A stretch of 64,000 bases of DNA from Deltaproteobacteria bacterium (GTDB lineage: Bacteria > Myxococcota_A > Polyangia > Fen-1088), in NCBI GenBank assembly GCA_033763315.1, contig JANRKS010000005.1, forward strand, positions 192,001-256,000, in the 5' to 3' direction. Of the stretch, positions 54,321 through 64,000 are shown piece after piece. The stretch's first letter is position 1. The number at the start of each line of letters is the position of its first letter. A program made the position numbers and the translations under genes. Under the pieces are notes generated by a model. That model was given only the letters and a program-made list of their open reading frames with translations. It ran no database searches and was not told where the DNA came from.

Positions 54321-55663
54321 ACCTGGTCCTGGTGTTCGCGCTGGCGGGCCTCATGCAGGCCATCCGATCGTTTCAAGCGCCCCACCTGGGCGAGGGCTTC
54401 GGCACCACGCTGGCTTTCGGTTATTTGCTGCTCACCGCGTACTTTGCAGGCACGCTGTTCAAGGCGGCGCGTTTGCCAAAGCTTACGGGCTACATCGCGG
54501 CAGGCATTGTGGCGGGCCCGGCGGTCTTGGGCTTTTTGACCGAGTCGATGGTGCAAAGCTTGAAGATCGTCAACGGTGTGGCCATCGCGCTCATAGCGAT
54601 GACGGCTGGCCTCGAACTTGAATTTCGCGAGATGCGGCCCTTTATGCGGACCATCCTATGGATCACGGGCGTGGCCGTCACAGGCACCACGCTTTTGCTT
54701 GCCACAGCGGTGTTCTTCGCGCGGCCCTTGCTGCCGTTCATGGCCGGCCTCGGCAGCCTTGAAGCGATGATGATTGCGTTGGTGCTGGGCGTGGTGATGG
54801 TGGCGCAGTCGCCTGCGGTGGTTATAGCGTTGCGCGATGAAACACAGGCCGAAGGCCCTGTGTCGCGCACGGTGCTGGGGGTGGTGGTGATCGCTGACCT
54901 GGCTGTGATCTTGTTGTTCGCGATCACCTCATCGGTCGCCAAGGCGTTCTTGGGCCAAGGCGCCAATGTGGGGGCCACGGTACGTTCGGTCGCTTGGGAG
55001 TTGTTTGGCTCCATGGGCGTTGGTGTGTTGATCGGCCTGCTGTTGGCCGTCTACACGCGCAAGGTGAAAGGGGGGGCGGGGCTGTTTTTACTGGCGGTGT
55101 CTTTCATTGTGGCGGAGGTGGGCCAGCGCCTGCATTTGGATCCATTGCTGGTGGCGCTGGCGGCCGGCATTTTGATTCGCAACGCCACCCAGGCGGCGCC
55201 CGAGATTCACCACCAAATCGAAGCGTTCAGCCTGCCAATCTATGTGTTGTTCTTCGCGGTGGCAGGCGCGAATCTGCATTTGAGCGTCTTGGCCACTGTG
55301 GGCATTCCCGCCGTCTTGTTTGTGGTGGTTCGCGGCATAGGCCTTTACTACGGCACGCGCGTGGCCACCGCATTGGCCCGTGCACCACGGGACGTTCAGC
55401 GGTTTGCCGGCTTCGGCTTGTTGCCACAAGCGGGGCTCGCCCTGGCGCTGTCGATGTTGTTCGCGAAAACTTTTCCGGAATTTGGCGACGCGGGTGCCCT
55501 GACCTTGGGTGTTGTGGCGTTAAACGAATTGATTGCGCCCGTTATCTTCCGTGCCGCGCTCGTTCGCAGCGGCGAAGCTGGAAAATTGGCGCCATCGTCC
55601 CAGCCTGAGCTGGTGGGGGGCGATGAATCGGGCCTTGTGGATCTGGGGCCTGAAAAAGCCTAG
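54317..55663 (+). CDS. Cation:proton antiporter (CPA family)
   Basis: LPKLTGYI.AGI..GP, AGLEL, SPAVV, FFAVAGA.L, PQAGLALAL. Confidence 0.88.
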   Translation: MNLVLVFALAGLMQAIRSFQAPHLGEGFGTTLAFGYLLLTAYFAGTLFKAARLPKLTGYIAAGIVAGPAVLGFLTESMVQSLKIVNGVAIALIAMTAGLELEFREMRPFMRTILWITGVAVTGTTLLLATAVFFARPLLPFMAGLGSLEAMMIALVLGVVMVAQSPAVVIALRDETQAEGPVSRTVLGVVVIADLAVILLFAITSSVAKAFLGQGANVGATVRSVAWELFGSMGVGVLIGLLLAVYTRKVKGGAGLFLLAVSFIVAEVGQRLHLDPLLVALAAGILIRNATQAAPEIHHQIEAFSLPIYVLFFAVAGANLHLSVLATVGIPAVLFVVVRGIGLYYGTRVATALARAPRDVQRFAGFGLLPQAGLALALSMLFAKTFPEFGDAGALTLGVVALNELIAPVIFRAALVRSGEAGKLAPSSQPELVGGDESGLVDLGPEKA

Positions 55664-55723
55664 CGGTGCCTGGCGCGGGGGAGTCCTGTGGCGCTGGCGC
55701 TGCGTCAGCCCTATAATGCGTTC

Positions 55724-56134
55724 ATGATCAACCAACGCAAACTGCTCTTCGCCGTGATGGCGTGGGTGTTGCCGTTGGTGATGTTGGCGTCGTGGTCGGC
55801 GCAAGCCGCGGGCATGTTCTGCCGCGCGGAGGGGGCTGTGGTTCGCAGCGGTTGCTGTTGTGGCGCTGATACAAACATTAAGCCCATCATGCCCTTGCCG
55901 GACGCAGAGCTCAGCGACGCCGGCTGCTGTGAAGTCACAGCGTCGCAGGCCCCCGTGGCTGTGCCCATGGCGCCGCCTGTGCTGAAGAGCGTTCCGCCTG
56001 TGTTGGCGGTTTTGTGTGCGCGGTTGCTCGTGCCCGAGCCGGCTGTGGTGCCGCCCGGTGGCTGGTCCCGCGCCGAAGCGCCGCGTGCACAGGGGCAGCC
56101 GCTGACGCTGTTAAAGCACGCCTTCTTGATCTGA
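55724..56134 (+). CDS. Small Cys-rich exported protein upstream of cus operon
   Basis: Signal peptide, C..GCCC..GCC, terminal PRA....L.L...FLI; TATAAT 6 nt before the ATG. Confidence 0.65.
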   Translation: MINQRKLLFAVMAWVLPLVMLASWSAQAAGMFCRAEGAVVRSGCCCGADTNIKPIMPLPDAELSDAGCCEVTASQAPVAVPMAPPVLKSVPPVLAVLCARLLVPEPAVVPPGGWSRAEAPRAQGQPLTLLKHAFLI

Positions 56135-56243
56135 TACGCCGCCCGAGGTGGGGTGCGTGCGTGTGCCTTGGCCGCGCCGCGCTCTAGGTGATTGTTGCTT
56201 GATTGGCGCGCGAGCCGTGCGCCTTGTGAACCTTGGGTGCTGC

Positions 56244-57545
56244 ATGTGTCGTTGTTCTTTCCGTTGTTCTTGCTGGGTTGCGCTTGCGTGTGCGTTGATC
56301 GTGTCTTCTGCTCGTGCCGAACCGGCTGACGAGGCGCTGGCGGCGCAAGTGCGGTTGGCGGATGTGGTGGCTTTGGCGGTGGCGCGCAGCCCCTCGCTTT
56401 CGGAGCTCCGGCAGAAGCAGGCGGCCAGCTTGGCTGATAGCCGCGCGGCCACGCATATGCCCGAGCCCCAGTTCAAATACGAGCAGTGGTCGGTGCCGCT
56501 GCGCAAACCGTGGGCTTTGAACCAGGCGGGCGCGTTGATGGTGGGTCTGCAGCAGGTGATTCCGCCGGCGGGCACATTGAGCGCGCGCGCCGATGCACAG
56601 ACCGCGCAGGTGGAAGTGTTGCGCCACAACGAAAGCATGAAGCGCTTGGAGGTGGCCGCACAAGCCGAGAGGGCCTTTGCCGCCTATTACCAAGGCTTTC
56701 ATCAGCTGGCGTTGCACAACGAACACTCAGAACTAGTGGCCAAGCTGCTTGAACTAGCGCGCGTGGCTTATCAGTCAGGCGTGCGGTCGCAACAAGATGT
56801 GGTGCGGCTTGGCCTCGAAATCTCGCGCGTTCATGAAACGTTGGTGCATATGAATCCGGAACTCGAATCCTCACGCGCTCTGTTGAACACATTGATGGCC
56901 AGGCCCGTGGACGCACCGCTGGGGCCGCCCGCAGAAATCGATGTGCAGGCGTTGCGAAAGGATGTGGTGATCGGCGCAGATCCCGCGCTGGGGCGGCCCG
57001 ATGTGCGCATGGCCGAAGCGCAGGTGAAAGGCAGCCAAGCGATGGTGGCGGAGGCCCACCACAACGCAAACCGGCCCATGGTGATGGTGGGGCTCGATTA
57101 CATGTACATGCCGCAAGACATGTATCAACACACGTATGGCGGCATGGTGGCCTTTGGATTGCCCTGGCTGAACCCGGGCCGCAAAGAAGAAGCTAAGGCC
57201 GCGCAACACCGCTTGAACGCCGACAAAGACGCGCTTCGGGCCGCGGCACTGGCGGCGCGTTTCGAGGTGCGCGACGCCCAGCTCCGGCTGCAATCCGCAC
57301 GTGCTTCTTATGATGTTCTAAACAACGACGTTGTGCTGCAGGCGCAGCGCAATTTGGACACCGCGCGATCCATGTATGCCGCCGGCCAATCAGACGCCTC
57401 GGCGTTGCTCGATGCTGCCCGCCTTTATCTCGAAGTGCGCATCGACCGCGTTCGATCGTTGGCGCATCTGCAAGAGGCGATGGCTGATTTGAACCGCGCC
57501 TTGGCCTCAACAACGCAAGCCCACGCTGGGGAGACACACCGATGA
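56244..57545 (+). CDS. TolC-family outer-membrane factor (CusC-like)
   Basis: OEP helical pattern (A...SP.L, Y..G...QQDV, RPDV, Y.AG); ATGA overlap with cusB. Start uncertain. Confidence 0.85.
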   Translation: MCRCSFRCSCWVALACALIVSSARAEPADEALAAQVRLADVVALAVARSPSLSELRQKQAASLADSRAATHMPEPQFKYEQWSVPLRKPWALNQAGALMVGLQQVIPPAGTLSARADAQTAQVEVLRHNESMKRLEVAAQAERAFAAYYQGFHQLALHNEHSELVAKLLELARVAYQSGVRSQQDVVRLGLEISRVHETLVHMNPELESSRALLNTLMARPVDAPLGPPAEIDVQALRKDVVIGADPALGRPDVRMAEAQVKGSQAMVAEAHHNANRPMVMVGLDYMYMPQDMYQHTYGGMVAFGLPWLNPGRKEEAKAAQHRLNADKDALRAAALAARFEVRDAQLRLQSARASYDVLNNDVVLQAQRNLDTARSMYAAGQSDASALLDAARLYLEVRIDRVRSLAHLQEAMADLNRALASTTQAHAGETHR

Positions 57546-58885
57546 ACGCGACGAACGAATTTCAGCAAGGCCATGAAGCGCCTCCCCCGGGGGTGCGGTT
57601 CATGGCGGTGTTTCGCTGGCTGCTGGTGTTGGCCATGGCGGGCGTGGCCGTGTTCGCGGTGGCCCGCTATGTGAGGTCAGGTGACGGTGAGACGGAAGCG
57701 GGGGCCACCAAACGGCTTTACCAGTGCCCCATGCACCCGCAGATCATTTCGCCGCAGCCGGGGGAATGTCCGATCTGCGGCATGACGCTGGTTCTGGTCA
57801 AAGAAGACGATCACAAACACGACACGAATCCATCCGCCGTAAAGGGCTTGGTGCCAATTCAGCTCACGGCGGAACGCATTCAGACGATCGGCGTGAAAAC
57901 GGCCAAGGCTTCACTTCGCGACGTGCCCAACCAATTGCGCACCGTGGGGCTGCTGGAGGCGAATGAACGAGGGCGTGTGGCCGTCGTGGCGCGCTTCTCG
58001 GGTTTCGTTGAAGCGCTCTACGTGAATGAAACGGGGCAGGCCGTGGTCAAGGGGCAACCGATTGCCAAGATCTACAGCCCCGAGGTCTTGCAAGCTCAAG
58101 AAGAGTTTTTAAACGCACAGCAGTGGAACACTCCCGGTGCCGCTGGGACAACCGGCGGGGGCGGGCCCACGCATCCAGGCCACGTGCAAATGTCATCGGA
58201 TTTGCTGCACGACGCCCGTCGCCGGCTTGAGCTTTTGGGGTTGGCTCCGCAAGACATCGACGACATCGCCGCGCGCAAACAGACGCAAGCCACAGTGCTA
58301 TTGCGTGCGCCTTCTTCGGGTTCAGTGATCTCAAAAAATATTCTTTCAGGTGCCGCGATCGAACGTGGCGCGCAGCTGCTGGAGATCGCTGATCTGTCGG
58401 TATTGTGGCTCATCGCGGACGTGTACGAAGGCGATCTGGCTCGCGTGAAGCTGGGCAACCCAGCCACGTTCAACACGGCTGCATTTGCAGGCGAGTCATT
58501 CCTGGCCAAGGTGCAGTTTGTATATCCCACTGTTGATGCGGCCGCGCGCACCTTGCGGGTGCGTTTGGAGCTGCGCAATCCCAAAAGCGCCAACGGTGTG
58601 AAGTTGCGCCCAGGGATGTACGGTGACGTTGTCATCGAAACAGCATCCGCCCAAGCGTTGATGGTGCCCGCAGAAGCGGCGGTTGATACGGGTAACGCGC
58701 AATACGTGTTCATCGCTGAGAGCGACGGCCGTTTCACCCCACAACCCGTGAAACTTGGCGCGCGTCGGGGCGATTTTGTTGAAGTCATCGAAGGCTTAAA
58801 ACCCGACCAGGAGGTGGTGACCACGGCCAACTTCCTGTTGGATTCGGAAAGCCGCCTGCAAGCGGCGGTGCGAGGCCAAAAATGA
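57542..58885 (+). CDS. cusB: RND periplasmic adaptor with heavy-metal-binding domain
   Basis: YQCPMHPQI...PGECPICGM, IYSPE, IADLS.LW, LRPGMY, FLLDSES. Confidence 0.88.
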   Translation: MNATNEFQQGHEAPPPGVRFMAVFRWLLVLAMAGVAVFAVARYVRSGDGETEAGATKRLYQCPMHPQIISPQPGECPICGMTLVLVKEDDHKHDTNPSAVKGLVPIQLTAERIQTIGVKTAKASLRDVPNQLRTVGLLEANERGRVAVVARFSGFVEALYVNETGQAVVKGQPIAKIYSPEVLQAQEEFLNAQQWNTPGAAGTTGGGGPTHPGHVQMSSDLLHDARRRLELLGLAPQDIDDIAARKQTQATVLLRAPSSGSVISKNILSGAAIERGAQLLEIADLSVLWLIADVYEGDLARVKLGNPATFNTAAFAGESFLAKVQFVYPTVDAAARTLRVRLELRNPKSANGVKLRPGMYGDVVIETASAQALMVPAEAAVDTGNAQYVFIAESDGRFTPQPVKLGARRGDFVEVIEGLKPDQEVVTTANFLLDSESRLQAAVRGQK

Positions 58886-61800
58886 AGGCCGCGCTGATAC
58901 ATGTCATTGAGGCGTGCGCACGCAACCGCGTGGTGGTTTTGGTGGGCGTGGCAATGGCGTTGGTGGGCGCGGGCATGGCGATCAAGCGTATCAAATTGGA
59001 TGCGATTCCGGATCTATCCGAGCCGCAGGTGATCGTGTTCACCGAATGGATGGGGCGCAGCCCCACGTTGATCGAAGATCAGGTGACGTATCCCATCGCC
59101 TCAAAGCTCATCGGCACGCCCAAGGTCAAAGACGTGCGTGGGTATTCGATGTTCGGCATGTCGTTCATCTACGTGGTTTTTCACGAAGGCACCGATATCT
59201 ACTGGGCACGCAGCCGCGTGCTTGAATACCTCAGTGGTCTCAAAGCGCAGCTGCCACAGGGTGTGGCGCCCACGCTTGGGCCCGATGCCACGGGGGTGGG
59301 GTGGGTGTTTCAATACGCGCTTGTGGATCGTTCTGGAAAGCACAGCTTGGACGAATTGCGCACGCTGCAGGATTTCAATCTGCGTTACGCCTTGGGCAGC
59401 GTGCCCGGCGTCGCCGAAGTGGCAAGCGTGGGCGGCTTTGCCAAACAATACCAAGTGACGGTGGATCCCAACCGCCTGCGTGGCTTCGGCGTGTCTGTGG
59501 AAGAAGTGATCGCTGCCATTCGCGACTCGAACAACGACGTGGGCGGCCGGGTGATCGAAATGTCGGGCCGTGAATACTACGTGCGAGGCCGCGGCTACAT
59601 CCAAGATCTGGGCGCGATCGAACGCATCCCGCTGCGCGTGAGTGGCCCGGGTGGAACACCGCTTTTGATCAAAGACGTGGCCCAAGTGCGTTTCGGTCCT
59701 GACATTCGCCGCGGTTTAATGGAATGGAACGGCGAGGGTGAGGCCGTGGGTGGCATCGTGGTGATGCGGTTTGGTGAAAACGCGCTGCAAGTGATTGAAC
59801 GCGTGAAGAGCAAGCTTGATGAACTGCGCCCAAGCTTGCCCGAAGGTGTGCAAGTCGAGGTGGCGTACGACCGCAGCGGGCTCATTGAACGCTCTATCAC
59901 AACGCTAAAACATGCGCTGGTGGAAGAAGCGCTGGTGGTGAGCCTGGTGATCTTGATGTTCTTGCTGCACGTGCGCAGCTCGCTGCTGCCGATCCTGTCG
60001 ATACCCATCAGCGTCGCTCTTTCGTTCATCCCGATGTACTTCCTGGACATCCCATCAACGATCATGAGCTTGGGCGGCATTGCCATTGCAATCGGCGCCA
60101 CCGTGGACGCTGAGATCGTGATGATCGAGGCGGCGCACAAAAAGCTCGAGCACGCGCCCGTGGGGGCGGAGCGGCAGAAGTTGCTCGCAGAGGCGGCCAG
60201 TGAAGTGACGCCTGCCATCTTCTTTTCGCTGCTCATCATCGCGGTGGCGTTCTTGCCTGTGTTTACGTTGACGGGCCAAGCCGGGCAGCTGTTTCGCCCG
60301 CTGGCCTATACGAAGACGTTCGTTATGTTGATCTCGGCGGTGCTTTCCATCACGTTTGCGCCCGCTCTGCGCGATTTGCTCATCCGCGGCAAGATTTACT
60401 CGGAAAAGAATCACCCCATATCGAAGGCGATCATCCGCGTCTACGAGCCGTTCGTTTATGTAGCGTTGCGGCGCCCGAAATCGACCGTGGCTTTGGGCCT
60501 CTTGGCCGTTCTTTCGGCCATCCCTGTGGCTGCGCACCTCGGGCACGAGTTTATGCCGCCGCTTAACGAAGGCGATCTGCTTTACATGCCGATCACGTTG
60601 CCCAACATTTCGATCGAAGAAGCGAAGAACCAGCTGCAGCTGCAAGATCGCTTGCTGCACAGCTTCCCTGAAGTGGATTCGGTGTTCGGCAAAATTGGCC
60701 GGGCGGAGACCGCCACGGATCCGGCGCCCCTGACGATGGTGGAGACTACGGTGCGGCTCAAGCCGCAGCACACGTGGCGCAAGGTGGCGCATCAGCGCTG
60801 GTATTCTTCATGGGCGCCCCAGTGGCTGGCCGCGGTGTTGCTCCCGTTGTGGCCCGATCAGAAGACCATGACGTGGGAAGAGTTGACGCAAGAGATGAAT
60901 GCGAAAATGCAGCTGCCAGGATGGACCAATGCCTGGACGATGCCGATCAAAACCCGGATCGACATGTTGAGCACCGGCGTGCGCACACCCGTGGGCATTA
61001 AGGTGTATGGCACGGATCTAAAGGAGATTGAAGCCGTCGGCACGCAACTTGAGTTCTTGATCGCGAAGATCCCCGGCACCCGCAGCGTGCTTTATGAACG
61101 CAACTTGGGCGGGCTTTACATCGACATCGTTCCGCGCAGTGACGCCTTGGCGCGCTTCGGCTTACGCGTGGGCGATCTGCAGCGTGTGATTGAGTCGGCC
61201 ATCGGAGGCACCCCGATTGACATGACAGTGGAAGGGCGAAACCGTTTCAGCATCAACGTTCGTTACCCCCAAGATATGCGCAACGATTTGCAGCGGATGC
61301 GCGAGGTGCTGGTGCCTTTGCCGCGCACAGAAGCGAATCCGATGACCGGTGCACAAAACCCTGCAGGCATGGCGTTTATCCCGCTGGGGCAAGTGGCAGA
61401 CATCAAGGTGGTGGGCGGCCCACCTATGGTGCGTGAGGAAGCGGGCATGTTGGCGGGCTACGTTTACGTGGACATCGATCAAGCCAAACGCGACATTGGT
61501 GGCTATGTGAACGAAGCCAAGCAGTTCGTGGCCACGGCCTTGGCCGATGGATCGCTGAAGCTGCCGTCGGGATACCACCTTAAGTGGACGGGGCAGTATG
61601 AGCAGCTGCAAGAGATGGCCGAACGCATGAAGGTGGTGGTGCCGCTGACCTTCTTCATCATCGTGCTGCTGCTGTATTTTCAGTTTCGCAACTTCACCGA
61701 AGTTTTGATCGTGTTGCTATCGATCCCATTTGCGTTGGTGGGCAGCGTGTGGCTCATGCACTTGCTTGATTATCGGGTATCCACGGCGGTGTGGGTGGGC

Positions 61801-62388
61801 GTGATCGCGCTTGTGGGCTTGGCGGCGCAAACTGGCATCGTGATGATCGTGTACATCGACCAAGCCTATGAAAAGCGCAAAGCCGCGGGTTTGGTGCGCG
61901 ATCTGAACGACATCATTTGGGCGCATATGGAGGGCACGGTCAAACGCGTGCGTCCCAAACTCATGACCGTCTCGACGATGTTGGTGGGTTTGGTTCCGCT
62001 TTTGTGGGCCACGTCGTCAGGGGCGGATGTGATGAAACGCATTGCCGCGCCCATGGTCGGCGGCTTGCTGACCTCGGCGTTCTTGACCTTGGAGATCATT
62101 CCGGTGATCTACACCTACTGGCGGCAAGAGCAGTTGCTTTGGGAAGGCCTGGTGGCGCGCGATCCACGGCGGTTGGCTGCGCTGCAAGCCTGGCGGTGGG
62201 TGCTGTCCGCTGGGGCTGCCGCCATCGCCGTTGTTGTGGTCTCGCCGGTGTATTTGCCGCTTGGCCCTACGGCGTTTCGGACGGCGCTGGCGCTGGCCGT
62301 GGTGGTGTTCTTCGTGGGGACCGTGGTGTATTTCGCCTTGCGCCCCGCCGCGCATCGTTTGGTGTGGCCGGAGGCAACCGTGGCGTAG
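58882..62388 (+). CDS. cusA: Cu/Ag RND efflux permease
   Basis: DAIPDLS.PQVI, EDQVTYP, GPDATGVGW, LLYMP, PLTMVET, RIDMLSTG (Met triad), RVRPKLMT, RIAAPMVGG. Confidence 0.93.
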   Translation: MKAALIHVIEACARNRVVVLVGVAMALVGAGMAIKRIKLDAIPDLSEPQVIVFTEWMGRSPTLIEDQVTYPIASKLIGTPKVKDVRGYSMFGMSFIYVVFHEGTDIYWARSRVLEYLSGLKAQLPQGVAPTLGPDATGVGWVFQYALVDRSGKHSLDELRTLQDFNLRYALGSVPGVAEVASVGGFAKQYQVTVDPNRLRGFGVSVEEVIAAIRDSNNDVGGRVIEMSGREYYVRGRGYIQDLGAIERIPLRVSGPGGTPLLIKDVAQVRFGPDIRRGLMEWNGEGEAVGGIVVMRFGENALQVIERVKSKLDELRPSLPEGVQVEVAYDRSGLIERSITTLKHALVEEALVVSLVILMFLLHVRSSLLPILSIPISVALSFIPMYFLDIPSTIMSLGGIAIAIGATVDAEIVMIEAAHKKLEHAPVGAERQKLLAEAASEVTPAIFFSLLIIAVAFLPVFTLTGQAGQLFRPLAYTKTFVMLISAVLSITFAPALRDLLIRGKIYSEKNHPISKAIIRVYEPFVYVALRRPKSTVALGLLAVLSAIPVAAHLGHEFMPPLNEGDLLYMPITLPNISIEEAKNQLQLQDRLLHSFPEVDSVFGKIGRAETATDPAPLTMVETTVRLKPQHTWRKVAHQRWYSSWAPQWLAAVLLPLWPDQKTMTWEELTQEMNAKMQLPGWTNAWTMPIKTRIDMLSTGVRTPVGIKVYGTDLKEIEAVGTQLEFLIAKIPGTRSVLYERNLGGLYIDIVPRSDALARFGLRVGDLQRVIESAIGGTPIDMTVEGRNRFSINVRYPQDMRNDLQRMREVLVPLPRTEANPMTGAQNPAGMAFIPLGQVADIKVVGGPPMVREEAGMLAGYVYVDIDQAKRDIGGYVNEAKQFVATALADGSLKLPSGYHLKWTGQYEQLQEMAERMKVVVPLTFFIIVLLLYFQFRNFTEVLIVLLSIPFALVGSVWLMHLLDYRVSTAVWVGVIALVGLAAQTGIVMIVYIDQAYEKRKAAGLVRDLNDIIWAHMEGTVKRVRPKLMTVSTMLVGLVPLLWATSSGADVMKRIAAPMVGGLLTSAFLTLEIIPVIYTYWRQEQLLWEGLVARDPRRLAALQAWRWVLSAGAAAIAVVVVSPVYLPLGPTAFRTALALAVVVFFVGTVVYFALRPAAHRLVWPEATVA

Positions 62389-62502
62389 CTTTGGGGGAAG
62401 GTCGCCTTACGCGAAGGTGAGATCTAGATTGAACATCAATGCAAGACATGCCGTGGTGTTGGCGGCCAATGACAGGGGCGCACGGCGGTGCAAACTCGTG
62501 TG

Positions 62503-63279
62503 ATGTCTCAACGCCGCATCGCTTGTTCGACCTTGCCGTGGACCGATCAACCTTTGGCTTCTGTGTTGGGCACCATTGACTCCGCGGGCTTTGAGTACTG
62601 GGAGTTGCCGATCCGCGGCGACAACGTGCATCTGGGCCACTTGGATCCCGCGGATCTCCTTGCTGATGCAGGCGCCGCGCAGTCGCTTGTCATCGCTGCA
62701 CGCTCCCACCCCCGGCTGAAGTTGTTGTCGGCCGGCTTCGAGATCCACCGTGGCTCGCCCCTTGAGCGGGAATTGACGTTGTTCAACGCGTGCCTGTCGG
62801 TGTTGCAGGATCTAGGCGCTGCTTTCGTCACAATCTTTGCCTTCGATGACGGAGCGGCGCCTCGCATGCAACGGCTTGAGGCGATGGCTGAGGCTGCAAG
62901 CCGCGCAGGCCTACGCCTTCTTGTGGAGACGCACCGGCGGACGGCAACCGAGGTGCCCGAGATCGCCGCCGAGCTGGCTTCGTGCGGGTATGCGCTTACG
63001 CTCGACCATTCTCATTACGTCAGCAAGGATGTGCCCAGGCAACGCATGGCACCGCTGCGATCGCACGCTCATTTGCTGCAAGTGCGGGGCTGTGCCAGTG
63101 GCCAAGTGGAGTGCCCCGTACAAACTCACGATGAGGCGCAAGCCGCCAAAGACTGGCTGCAGTGGTTGACCTCGATGGCGCCTTCCGACGCACCGTTGGT
63201 GATAGAGCACATCGACAGGAACCGCGACTGGTGGCCGTCGATCAAGCGTTGGCAGCAATTGGCACGCGAGCTTGCTTGA
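62503..63279 (+). CDS. Sugar phosphate isomerase/epimerase (xylose isomerase-like TIM barrel)
   Basis: VETH, LDHSH, VIEH metal-ligand pattern of the AP_endonuc_2 family. Confidence 0.75.
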   Translation: MSQRRIACSTLPWTDQPLASVLGTIDSAGFEYWELPIRGDNVHLGHLDPADLLADAGAAQSLVIAARSHPRLKLLSAGFEIHRGSPLERELTLFNACLSVLQDLGAAFVTIFAFDDGAAPRMQRLEAMAEAASRAGLRLLVETHRRTATEVPEIAAELASCGYALTLDHSHYVSKDVPRQRMAPLRSHAHLLQVRGCASGQVECPVQTHDEAQAAKDWLQWLTSMAPSDAPLVIEHIDRNRDWWPSIKRWQQLARELA

Positions 63280-63303
63280 TGCAGGCAAGCGGGCACGAAA
63301 GTA

Positions 63304-64000
63304 TCACGCTTCGTCTTGCAAGCCTGCAAACATCGTCACGTTGGTCGTCACTGTGGCACCTGGTTCAAGAATTAGGCAGTGCCCGGTGCGTGCCGCTTCG
63401 ACAACCGACATCGGCATCGTGGTGCACGGTTCAAGGATCGCTGTGTAGTGATTGTCGAAGCCTCCATAAGAGGCAAACAACCACGCACACGGGAACACCG
63501 CTGGATCGAAGCGATAGCGAAACAAATGCCCCGTGGCAGGACGGCGCCAAGCGATCTCACCGCGCTCGAGTTCGTAAAGATGGAGAAAGTCAGTGCTTCC
63601 GTCGCGCGCCGGAACAACGTCAGCGCGCGCGCCGGGCCGTGGGCTGGGCCAAGCAAACGCGGGCGAATCACCCCAGCGCGACCATGCAGGATCAGCCACG
63701 CGTGCACGGCGGGCCGGGCACACGATCTCATCGCCAGGCGCGATCGCGATGGCCGCATGCAGCTTGAACATGACCGGCTGCCGCCGCGTCGTCGTGTTGG
63801 TGAGTGTGTAGCGCAGGCGCACTTCAGGCGCGTCGTCCGCCAGCACCATGTCGCGCTCGTAATGTAGACCGCTGACCGGCAGACCCCCGCGCAACCGAAG
63901 TGTGTCGCCGACCACCTGCGCGGTGAGCTGGCTCGTCCACAGCTCGCCGTGATCAGGCAGCGCCACGCCTTGCACAATCTCGGGAATGTCGTTCGGCAAC
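63304..64000 (-). CDS. Galactose-mutarotase-like (DUF5107-type) protein, 5' end outside window
   Basis: LPDHGELW, Y.LTN, H, W..YGG, LEPCT. Confidence 0.7.
   Translation of the reverse strand, partial: LPNDIPEIVQGVALPDHGELWTSQLTAQVVGDTLRLRGGLPVSGLHYERDMVLADDAPEVRLRYTLTNTTTRRQPVMFKLHAAIAIAPGDEIVCPARRARVADPAWSRWGDSPAFAWPSPRPGARADVVPARDGSTDFLHLYELERGEIAWRRPATGHLFRYRFDPAVFPCAWLFASYGGFDNHYTAILEPCTTMPMSVVEAARTGHCLILEPGATVTTNVTMFAGLQDEA

Overview
A 64-kb, GC-rich, densely coding bacterial window. Gene content (Ser/Thr kinase, fibro-slime and Cys/Asp-repeat lipoproteins, sigma54 systems, an Anaeromyxobacter-type globin-coupled kinase) suggests Myxococcota; this is inference. No rRNA, tRNA or CRISPR array was seen. 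Left to right: hisC (truncated), larA-like, cysH; a 3.4-19.3 kb sigma54/O2-sensing stress cluster (HPF, two USPs, hybrid kinase, GGDEF, sigma54 activator, LON-N, Rv2004c-like kinase, globin-coupled kinase, dihaem cytochrome c); a kinase-less propeller sensor plus LuxR regulator; envelope enzymes; an RlhA-like U32 protein; a 1875-aa repeat lipoprotein; a YqiJ-like/flotillin/AAA ATPase module split by an opposite-strand protease cassette; an H1-like protein; Amt; paired antiporters; cusCBA. Most striking signal: a RAYT-like Y1 HUH nuclease gene (6946-7857) lies within a halo of 19 exact copies (manual count) of CCCAGGTT/AACCTGGG between 6.3 and 16.0 kb. Fifteen copies are embedded in the coding sequence of neighbouring host genes, in all three frames and both orientations. 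None was seen elsewhere in the window. The halo comes with a REPIN-like inverted doublet and a 21-bp tandem duplication just upstream of the nuclease, and a local compositional shift whose edges appear to fall inside genes.
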